Positions 38,901 through 50,900 of a DNA stretch of 64,000 bases are shown here, piece after piece. Every line of letters begins with the position of its first letter. Position 1 is the first letter of the stretch. A model generated the notes under the pieces. That model ran no database searches. It was given only the letters and a program-made list of their open reading frames with translations, and had not been told where the DNA came from. The translations under genes were made by a program, and so were the position numbers. The stretch is from Octopus vulgaris (lineage: Eukaryota): positions 194,060,001 through 194,124,000 of the forward strand of contig OX597815.1 in the NCBI GenBank assembly GCA_951406725.2, in the 5' to 3' direction.

Positions 38901-41900
38901 TCAATTTTGGTCAACTTGCGCTGCAGGGTCTCAGAGGAGATAGTATTAGTTGAAGGCTACCAAGCCTGCCATATGGACACAGACAACTCTAGCTTTATAT
39001 ATATAGATTTAGACATTTTATTTTATTTTTTAATCACACCTAAAGAGTGGCTGTGTGGTAAGTATCTTGCTTACCAACCACATGATTCCAGGTTCAGTCC
39101 CACTGTGTTGCACCTTGAGCAAATGTCTTCTACTATAGCCTTGGGGCCAACCAAAGCCTTGTGAGTGGATTTGGTAGACGGAAACTGAAAGAAGCCTGTC
39201 GTATTATATATATATATGTGTGTGTGTGTATCATCATCGTTGTTCGACTGTGGTCGAGACGAGGGAATTTGCTATGTTACGCCAGACTTCACGGTCCATC
39301 ATAGCATTACGGAGGTCCTGTTGCTGGATGCCTGTATCCCTGGAGATTACATCAGGGTAGGAGAGTGTGCGCCCTCTGGTATCACGAGCAGATGTCTTCC
39401 AGAGGAGAAGAGTAGAAATTACCTCGTTTTCAGCTCCCCAACAATGTCCAGCAAACTGGACTCTTCTACCTTTCACATATATGTATATGTATGTATGTAT
39501 ATGTTTGTGTGTCTGTGTTATTCCCTGCCAACATCGCTTGGCAACCGATGCTGGTGTATTTACGCCCCCGTCACTTATGGCTAGTCAATGCAATTGACTG
39601 GTCATAAATTTCAGGTCTTCTGCTCATAGTAGAAAGGATAAATTAGTTTTATCAGGGCAAGTGAATTGGCAGATTCCTTAGTGCATTGGACGTAGTATCT
39701 TGAAGTATTGTAAATGAGCATCACCATCATACAAGCAGTGCTGTTTGCTTCTAGTCTTCCATGAATAACGTCTGGCCATGGGAAAAAAAATATTACCTTG
39801 CTTGGAAACAGCTAAGGGTTGGTGACCAGACAGGTAGGTCGACTTTGCCTTTCATCCTTTCGGGGTCGATAAATTAAGTACCAGTTACGCACTGGGGTCG
39901 ATGTAATCGACTTAATACCTATGTCTGTCCTTGTTTGTCCGCTCTGTGTTTAGCCCCTTGTGGGTAATAAAGAAATAGGTATATGACTAGAAAATCTCCA
40001 TCAGCAAATTCTGTCTGATCCAGCCAAACATGGAAAAACGGACACTGAAATGGTGTTGGTGAGGAGTTGTGATCTGCTTCAAAATATGACCCTTCTATGA
40101 ATTTGATTTTATCTCTTAAGTAACCTCATGTATTTTGCCCTGCAGGAGTGAGTCTGGTGTGGTGGCAGCTACAGCTTACCTTAGGCGGTGCTTAAAAACT
40201 GTTGTGTCGAGTATTTTGCTGTCTGGTAAATATCCTTTTATTATTTTTTATCAATTTATGCTCTTTACATTCTGAGTTCATATTCCATTTGGATCAGTTT
40301 TAACTTGCATCTTTGTTCAGGCTGATAAAATAAAGTGCCAATGAAGTATTGGGGTTGATTTAATTGACCAGCGTTGCCTAACTGGCACATGAAAAAACAT
40401 TCGAGTGAGGTTTTTGCCAGTGCCACTGGACTGGCTCCTGTGCAGGTGGCACATAAAAAAAACATTCAAGCAAGGCCATTGCCAGTACCACTTGACTGGC
40501 CCTCATGCCGGTGGCACGTAAAAGCACCCACTACACTCTCAGAGTGGTTGGCGTTAGGAAGGGCATCCAGCTGTAGAAACTGCCAAATCAAATTGGAGCC
40601 TGGTGCAGCCATCTGGTTCGCCAGTCCTCAGTCAAATCGTCCGACCCATGCTAGCATGGAAAGTGGACGTTAAATGATGATGATGATGATGATGATGATG
40701 ACCCCTCCCTCAAATTTCTGGCCTTGTTCCATTATTTATCATCATCATTATCATCTTTTGATATCCATTTTCCATGTTGACATGGATTGGACGGTTTGAC
40801 AGAAGCTGGCAAGCTGGAGGGCTGCACCAGACCCCGGTTGTTTGTTTTGACATGGTTTCTATGGTTTGTTGCCCTTCCTAACATCAACCACTTTCTACAT
40901 GGTGCCAACATAAGTGCTGTTTAATGTAGCACTGATACGAGTGCTCTTTACATGGTACCAGCACAGGTGCTCCTTACGTGGCACTGGTATGTTCGTTATT
41001 AACTGGATTCACAGAATCATTAAAGCATCAGCAAGAATGCTTTGCAGTATTTATTCTGGCGCTTTACTTTCTGAGTTCCGATCCTGAAGTTGGCTTTGCT
41101 TTCATCTTTATAGAGATGTTAAAATAACTGTCAGGTGTGGAGATCAAAGTCATTGAAATCGATGTCACTTCTCAAAATTGTTGGTCTTGTGTCTAAAATT
41201 AAAAATTATCATTATTCATCATCATCATCGTTTAACGTCTGCTTTCCATGCTAGTATGGGTTGGATGATTTGACTGAGGACTGGCGAACCAGATGGCTGC
41301 ACCAGGCTCCAATCTTGATCTGGCAGTGTTTCTACAGCTGGATGCCCTTCCTAACGCCAACCACTCCAAGAGTGTAGTGGGTGCTTTTACGTGCCACTGG
41401 CACGAGGGCCAGTCAGGCGGTACTGGCAACGGCCACGCTCAAATGGTGTTTTTTATGTAGCACCTGCACAGGAGCCAGTCCAGCAGCACTGGCAATGACC
41501 ACGCTCAAATGTTTTTTCATGTGCCACCGGCAAAAGTGCCAGTAAGGCGACGCTGGTATGAAATAAGTGTAGTGGTAAGGGTGTTTTTAGTATTAATCAT
41601 TCATGGGCAAACTAAATATGTTGAAAATGTAATTCTGGATAGATTATGTCAAAAAAAAAGGCTTGACGGTCATGGTTGGAAAGCCTTTGATTAGGGGTGA
41701 CTTGAGACTAAAAATCAACATACCTACATACCTCAAAAACTGTGTTTTTTTGTGTTGAATTTGTTTTTTGTTTTTCTTTTAACACTGTTGATTTTATAAT
41801 AGTATTTTGTCTTTAATTAAACTAAAATTTATTGTTTTTGAAAATGCGTTTCTTATTCTTGTAGAATTTGTGCGTTTCATTTTGGGAGATGAGAAGAAAC

Positions 41901-44900
41901 CTGAAAAGTCCCAGGAGAGTTCTTGTAAGATGAAAATGCGCCTCATAGAAAGATGTAATCACTTGTCTGAAGAGGTACTGCAGGATATTTTTGCTATGAT
42001 ACTTGGAGTAATGTTTCTTTTAGTTGAATATTAGTGAACACAGAGCTTATCTTTCTGTACACAAGAGAAATAGATAAACTGTGGTACTGTTATACTCTTT
42101 TACTTGTTTCAGTCATTTGACTGCGGCCATGCTGGAGCGTTGCTATTAGTCGAGCAAATCGACCCCAGGACTTATTCTTTGTAAGCCTACTATTTATTCT
42201 CCAGCGCTGCCCTGACTGGCCTCCGTGCCGGTGGCATGTAAAAAGCACCATCCAATCGTGGCCGTTTTCCAGCCTCCCCTGGCACCTGTGCTGGTGGCAC
42301 ATAAAAAACACCCACTACACTCACGGAGTGGTTGGCGTTCGGAAGGGCATCCAGCTGTAGAAACACTGCCAGATCAGACTGGGCCTGGTGCAGCCTTCTG
42401 GCCTCCCAGACCCCAGTTGAACTGTCCAACCCATGCTAGCAATGAAGGCGGACGTTAAATGATGATGATGATGATGATGATGGTCTCTTTTGCCGAACCA
42501 CTAAGTTACAGGGACATAAACACACCAGCATCGGTTGTCAAGCGATGTTGGTGGGGACAAACACAGACATACAAACACACACACACACGAACGCACACAC
42601 ACACATACATATACATATATATGACGGGCTTCTTTCAGTTTCCGTCTACCAAATCCACTCACAAGGCTTTGGTTGGCCCCAGGGCTATAGTAGAAGACAC
42701 TTGCCCAAGGTGCAACACAGTGGGATTGAACCTGGAACCATGTGGTTGGCAAGCAAGCTACTTACCACACAGCCACTCCTGTGCCTATGCTAGCATTATT
42801 CTTTTATTTCAGTCATTTGACTGCAGCCATGCTGGAGCACCGCTTTTAGTCGAGCAAATCGACCCCAGGACTTATTCTTTGTAAGCCTAGTACCACACAG
42901 CCACTCCTGCGCCTATATTCATTTTGATTTTAAAAACTGTTATTTTGTCAGTCCAGTAATAGTGTTATCAATAATCATTTAATAAATTGCTTTACTTTAT
43001 CTTACATTTAATTTATTTTCTTGTTATTTTTTTTATTTGCAGATTTCTTTGATATCACTGAAGCTCTTTGATACTTTGTTACAAAAGAATTGTAGCTTCA
43101 TTGTATACAACTTGGTGCTGCGTAATTTAGAAGGAGGGAAACACATTCAGTCAGGCGTGTCCTGTCACTACAGTTTACAATCTAAATGCCCAGCATCTTT
43201 GGCTGACACTGTTTTTAGCGATTCCATAACTATAGGTAGGTAGTAGTATTCCTATGATACTCTGATATTCCATAAATGTTCCTGAGCATTGGTTGTTTTC
43301 TTGTGAGCCATTGGTAAACTCTGTAATGTCAGACTTGTTATTCAGGTGTTATATGTTGCTTGTTGTCGATGATTAATCTCAGGTTAGCTCTGATCAAACA
43401 GAACTTATGATCAAAGGTATTTCACCTGGCGGTGAGCTGGCGGAAACGTTAGCACGCCGGGCGAAATGCTTAGTGGTATTTCGTCTGTCGTTATGTTCTG
43501 AGTTCAAATTCCGCCAAGGTCGACTTTGCCTTTCATCCTTTTGGGGTTGATAAATTAAGTACCAGTTACGAACTGAGGTCGATTTAATCAACTTAATCCG
43601 TTTGTCTGTCCTTGTTTGTCCCCTCTGTGTTTAGCCCCTTGTGGGCAGTAAAGAAATAGGTATTTCGTCTGCTGTTATGTTCTGAGTTCAAATTCTGCCA
43701 AGGTCGACTTTGCCTTTCATCCTTTCGGGGTCGATAAATTAAGTACCATTTATGAACTGGGGTTGATGTAATCGACTTAATCCGTTTGTCTGTCCTTGTT
43801 TGTCCCCTCTGTGTTTAGCCCCTTGTGGGTAGTAAAGAAATAGGTATTTCACCTGGACTGTTGTGTTTTTTTTCCCCCCTATCTACACGACTGCATTATT
43901 CAGTGTGTCCTTTCATTTTTTTAAGATGTTAGTATGTGATTTGAGGGAGATGTATCTTCTATTTGTGGTGAGTTGTGATTGACAGTAGATATTGTTATTC
44001 ATAGTCAAGTACGTCAACATCAAAATATAAATCAAATGGAAATTGTAGTTAAGACACCTGTGCCGGTGACACGTAAAAAGCACCATCGGAACGTGGCAGA
44101 TGGCAGTGTGGCCTGACTGGGGTCCGTGTCGGTGACACGTAAAAGCACCAACCAATCGTGGCTGTTTGCCAGCCTGCTCTGGCCCCTGTGCTGGTGGCAC
44201 ATAAAAAACACCCACTACTCTCACGCAGTGGTTGGCGTTAGGAAGGGTATCCAGCTGTAGAAACACTGCCAAATCAGACTGGAGCCTGGTGCAACCTCCA
44301 TGGCTTACCAGACCCTGGTCGAACCATCCAACCCATGCTAGCATGAAGAACGGACGTTAAATGATGATGATGATACAGTAGTACCGCAGGTGATTTGAGT
44401 GAAAAGATGAAGGCTAGCATAAGGAAGAAGTGCAAGAAGTTACAAGAGTTATGCAGAAGCCAGACTGCATAAGCCATATCTAATTGTGAGTGGTTTGCTG
44501 GGAATAATGATAGCACACTGGATAAAATGCTTTGCTGTATTTAGTGTCATCCCTTTACATTCTGAGTTCAAATTCAACTGAGGTTGACTCTGCCTATCAT
44601 CCTCTGTAGTTGATAAAATAAAGTACCACACTGTTCCTAAATTACTCTCTTTACTCTTTTACTCTTTTACTTGTTTCAGTCATTTGACTGTGGCCATGCT
44701 GGAGCATCGCCTTTAGTCGAGCAAATCGACCCCAGGACATATTCTTTGTAAGCCTAGCACTTATTCTATCGGTCTCTTTTGCCGAACCGCTAAGTTACGG
44801 GGACGTAAACACACCAGCATTGGTTGTCAAGCGATGTTGGAGGGACAAACACATACACACATATACATATATATGATGGGCTTCTTTCAGTTTTCCGTCT

Positions 44901-47900
44901 ACCAAATCCACTCACAAGGCTTTGGTCGACCTGAGGCTATAGTAGAAGACACTTGCCCAAGGTGCCACGCAGTGGGACTGAAACCGGAACTATGCGGTTC
45001 ATAAGCAAGCTACTTACCACACAGCCACTCCTACGCCTATTGGATATAATTGATTTTATTCCCCGCTTGCCCATCGAATTTGAAGATTTGCACATATATG
45101 ACTATATTTCATTTATTTCATTTTTTAAAATTTTTTTTTGTTTTCATAATATGGAAAATCAGAAACCATGAGCGAATCCGATGACTCAAAGAGCAAGGAT
45201 TTGACTCAGTCCCCTCCCAGCAGTGTTGAAATGGAACGATTAGCAGAAGCCATTGACGTACAAACTCTTTCTAGTGATGATTCTTCCCATGTCTCACCTT
45301 TACATTCTGTTTCCAAAGACGGACAGCAGCAGGACTCCCCACAACCCGACGACCAAACAGTTTCGCTTCAAAGTAATTCAGACACTGAAAAAAACCACAC
45401 CGATTCAGCAACAGACAACGTTTCCGAGGATGAAACATCAAAATCTCAACAACAACAACAACAAGAGCAACAACAACCACAGCCACAACCACAACAACAA
45501 CAAGCTGTTTCGGAAATAAATGATTCTGATAATCTCTTCCTCTCTCAAGATAACAAAGTTCCCGAGATGACTATTAAATATTATCGCTCAGAAGTTCATA
45601 AAGTTATTAACAGGTAAGGATCCATCATCATCATCATCATCATCATCATCGTTTAAGGTCTGCTTTCCATGCTAGCATGGGTTGGACGATTTTGACCGAG
45701 GTCTGGCGAACCAGATGGCTGCACCAGACTCCAATCTTGTTATACTTTTAATAAGTTTCTGGTGTTTTTCTTTGTAGTTTCTTGTGCCTTTTACCTGAAG
45801 ATATTAAATCAGCTTTACCTGAAGCAGATAGCGGTTATGATATGTACTTACGGGATGCTCATAAACAGGTGAGGTTCTTTCTAAACTGTTTCAGCATGGC
45901 AAAAATAAATACCAAAAAAGACAAACTCTCTCTCTCTCTCTGATTCACTTGCGCACTCACTGAGCCCCCCCACCCACCCACCCACACTCTCTGTCTTTCA
46001 ATCTCATTCCCTGGCCTGCTCATTCTCCATCTCTCAGTCACTCACCCATGTACGCATACATACATACATACACACACATACACACATTCTCTCTCTCTCT
46101 TTCTCTCTGCCTCATCCATTCATTCACACTTTCTGTCTTCCATTCTCCCTCTTGCCTTTACTTTTACCCATCACTTCACTTTCCCCCTCTTTCTACATTC
46201 TGTCGAGAGACAATTAAGAACCTGTTTCTTTACTACCCACAAGGGGCTAAACACGGAGAGGACAAACGGATTAAGTCGATTATATCGACCCCAGTGCATA
46301 ACTGGTACTTATTTAATCGACCCCGAAAGGATGAAAGGCAAAGTCGACCTCGGCGGAATTTGAACTCAGAACGTAACGGCAGAAGAAATACCAATTTCTT
46401 TACTACCCACAAGGGGCTAAACACAGAGAGGACAAACAAGGACAGACAAACGGATTAAGTCAATTACATCGACCCCAGTGCATAATTGATACTTAATTTA
46501 TCGACCCCGAAAGGATGAAAGGCAAAGTCGACCTCGGCGGAATTTGAACTCAGAACGTAGCAGCAGACGAAATACCGCTAAGCATTTCGCCCGGCGTGCT
46601 AACATTTCAGCAAGCTCACCGCCTATTGAGTTCAATACCATAAGTCATCAAAACACTCTCCACTCTTACTGTGCACCCCTTGAATTATATTTTTCCTCTT
46701 GATATCCTAAACCACCTTGGTTAATGTTCCCCTCTTGGCTGAAGGGGGTTCTTATCTTGCAAGTTTCTCAGTGACCCTGAATAAATAAGCATTATATGTG
46801 AAAGAGAAATATGAATACTAAACGGTTAAGACACTTTTAAAACTATAGGGTAATTTCACTGCTATTTCCAGCAAGTTGAGCAACTGCTTAGTGGTTTCCA
46901 CATTAGATATGTTTATGTTTGTGCTTTGTCTATTAAATATTTTTTTTGTATAACTTTTGAAATTTATTTGTTTTCTTTTATTCTAAACTGGACAGTTTAA
47001 GTCTTATGAAAACATGTGCCAAGACTGGAAATGGCCTACTCAAATGGATTGCAGTACGGAATCAGACCATGGCTTTTATGAAGGTGCTTTTCTTCAGATG
47101 TTATTTTCAAAACTCTCTCAGATGCTGCATCAGGTTTGTTGAGTTTTTTGCTTTTTAATTGGCCGTTGCCTCCGATCGTGGCCGTTTGCCAGCCTCGTCT
47201 GGCACGTAAAAAGCACCCACTACACTCACGGAGTGGTTGGCGTTAGGAAGGGCATCCAGCCGTAGAAACATTGCCAGATCAGACTGGGCCTGGTGCAGCC
47301 TTCTGGCTTCCCAGACCCCAGTTGAACCGTCCAACCCATGCTAGCATGGAAAGCGGACGCTAAACAATGATGATGATGATGATGATAATTGACTTAATTT
47401 TTTTAACATCTTGTTAAAATTTTTATACTGTTAATTTACTCTTGAACATAAACTTGTTTATACTAGCCATGATAAAAAAATAAATGCGCCCTTGTAAAGC
47501 CTAGCCAGGCTCATGGGCCCGGTTTCCTGGTTTCAATGGTATATGTGATCCCCAGCTTGATGGGACGCCAGTCCATCGCAGTGTTACTCATTTTTGCCAG
47601 TTGAGTGGACTGGAGCAATGTGAAATGAAGTGTTTTGCTCAAGAACACAACGCATCGCCCGGTCCAGGAATCGAAACCACAATCTTACAATCATGATGTT
47701 GACACCATAACCACTCACCCACGCGCCTCCACTTTATTCTAGCCATAGACACTTGTTAAACCTGAACAAAGATTCCTCAGTTAGTTGGAGAATTTGTTGT
47801 TTCATTTGACTACAGGTTTTTGTTCTTGACTATATTTTATGTTGATTTTTTTTTTAATTTCTATCCAGTTTGGGATGTAGTTTGTTTTACCTTTGAAACC

Positions 47901-50900
47901 TTTAAGAACAGAGTAGAAAACTAAAAGAACAGCTTAGAAAAATAATACTTCTGCAAGAAAATATGCTATTTATATCTTAAAACCACCTTGGTAATACTTG
48001 CCTTTGAAGGGTACTGGTGCCACATAAAAAGCACTCAGTACACTCTGTAAAGTGGTGGGTGTTAGGAAGGGCATCCAGCTTTAGAAACCATGCCAAAACT
48101 GACTATGGAACCTGGTGTGGCTCCTGGTCTTGACACCACCTGGCCTTGCCAGCTCCTGACCTTGCTAGCTCCTGTCAAACTGTCCAACCCATGCCAGCAT
48201 CGAAAATGGACATTAAATGAGGATGATGACGATGACACAACTTCTTGTCATTATAATTACTTATGTCTCTACATATATAAAAATGAATTCATTAAAGTGT
48301 AGTTTTAATGTGCATCTTTACATGCTAGAAAGAGGAGAATGATTTCAACGGATTTAGACATGAATATATTGTTGGCGGTGAGCTGGCAGAATCATTAGCA
48401 CATTGGGCAAAATGCTTAATGGTATTTCGTCTGTCGTTACATTCTGAGCTCAAACTCCGCTGAGGTCGACTTTGCCTTTCATCCTTTCGGGGTCAATTAA
48501 ATTAAATAACTTATGCACTGGGGTCGATATAATCGACTTAATCTATTTGTCTGTCGTTGTTTTTTCCCTCTGTGGGTAGTAAAAAAAGAAAGGTATTTTG
48601 TCTGTCGTTACGTTCTGAGGTCAGCTTTGCCTTTCATCCTTTCAGGGTCAATTAAAAGAAGTACCAGTTATGCACTAGGGATTGATAAAATCGACTTACT
48701 CCTTTTGTCTGTTCTTGTTTGTCCCCTCTATGTTTAGCCCCCTATGAGCAGTAAAGAAATATTGTTGGGTTTAGTTGATATCTTGGACTTTCCTAATGCT
48801 TACCGTTCTTTACTGAAACAAGAGTGGTCTCTTTTCATGCTGTACTGCCCCCACATAGGTAATATAATGAATTGAAAAACAAACTGATTCACTGAGATTG
48901 TCCTTTAGATCTGTGCTCTGCAACCTTTTTTTCACTTGCAGTACACACTTACATTCTTTTCATCCGTGGAATAAGCTGCTGGACGAGATAGTGAAGATGC
49001 CGACGACCGCTCGGTTCAAAGTCTCTTTTGACCAGAAATGGCCTGAACTCTTTGTTTGAACACCCTCCCTGTACATTACTCCATGTCTCCCTACATGGCC
49101 CTGCTTTTGCTTTTTGAGCCAAAAAAAAATTAAATTAAATAAATTAAAATTTGGCGGCACACTTGAACTCAAAGTATAGGGAAAAAATTATATTCAAGTT
49201 ATACTGTGGCACATTCGAGCGAGGTTGTTGCCAGTGCCACTGGACTGGTTCCTGTGCAGGTGGCACATAAAAAACACCATTTGAGTGTGGCCATTGCCAG
49301 TACCACCTAACTGGCCCTTGTGCTGGTGGCACGTAAAAGCACCCACTACACTCTCGGAGTGGTTGGCGTTAGAAAGGGCATCCAGCTGTAGAAACTCTGC
49401 CAGATCAGATTGGAGTCTGGTGCAGCCATCTGGTTCGCCAGACCTCAGTCAAATCGTCCAACCCATGCTAGCATGGAAAGCGGACGTTAAACGATGATGA
49501 TGATGATGAAAGATGATGCAGGTAGTGTTTCATCTGATTACAGTATTTATTATTTGTTAGATAGATTGATTCAAACAGAGTTATGTGCCTTGCTCAGCAG
49601 TACAAGACAGTTGGCGTAGTAAGGAGGTTTGAACTTATCACCAAATAGATTGTTTCTTCGCAACTTAATATCGCAACCATGTATATATCTATGTATGTGT
49701 GTATGTATATATTATATTTGAGGGAAATGGACAACAAAGGAATTAAGTCGATTACATCGACCCCAGTGCGTAACTGGTATTTAATTTATCAACCCCGAAA
49801 GGATGAAAGGCAAAGTTGACCTCGGCAGAATTTGAACTCAGAACGTAACGGCAGATGAAATACCTCTAAGCATTTCTGCCAGCTCGCCACTTCCACAGAG
49901 TTTCTGTCTACCAAATTCATTCACATGGCATTGGTTGGCCCAGAGCTGTAGCAGAAGACACTTGCTCAAGGTGCCATGCAGTGGGGCTGAACCAGAAACC
50001 ACATGATTGAAAAGCGAGCTTCTTAGCCACAAGGCCTTTGCCTTTTAAAAAATTGATCTTAGTGTGACTATTAGACAGAATATATTTGGACTTTCATGAA
50101 TAAGCATATCAATATGAGCTATCATTGTTGAATTTTAATCTACAAATATAAAGAATTTGAGATAAAATATTATGGCCTCTGACAATTATGTGACACACAA
50201 ACTAGAAAGTACTGCCTCTTAGTAGTTTCTGCTGCATCTTTACATTTTACATTTAAATGCTGTTGGAGATAACTTATCCTTTCTTTGATAAAATTAATAA
50301 ATTCAGTAAAACATGCTGACCTCTTCCTTGTAGAATTATGACCAGTTACCAATCAAAAACACTCCTATTTTTTTTGCAGAGTTATGCTGTGAACCTTCAA
50401 GTTACATCTGTGATCTCTCGTCTATGTCTGTTTCCTCAGCCAGTTTTGCATGACTTTTTCTTGGATCCTGCTCTGCCAGTAACAAAAGATATTAAATTAT
50501 TATATTCAGTCTTGCAAAAGGTCAGTATCGCAATACTTATTTTCGTCTGTTGTCATCAACTTTATCACTGATATTGCCATTGTTATATATTTATATATAA
50601 ATATATATAATAAAATATTAGGGAAAAATCAGATTTAGGATTGAATCCAATTTTATAGTAAAATATTATATTATATTAAATTAGAGATAAAACCACTATT
50701 AGGCAAATCAAACAATGAAAAACTTAAGCCAATACATAAAATTAATTAATTTATATTATTTTAAATATATATCAAAATTATTAAAATTTAATAAAAGATA
50801 ATGATCGTTTCATGGCTGTCCAATTCGTTTTACTCATTATCTTTTATTAAACTTTTAATAATTTTGATATATATTTAAAATAATATAAATTAATTAATTT

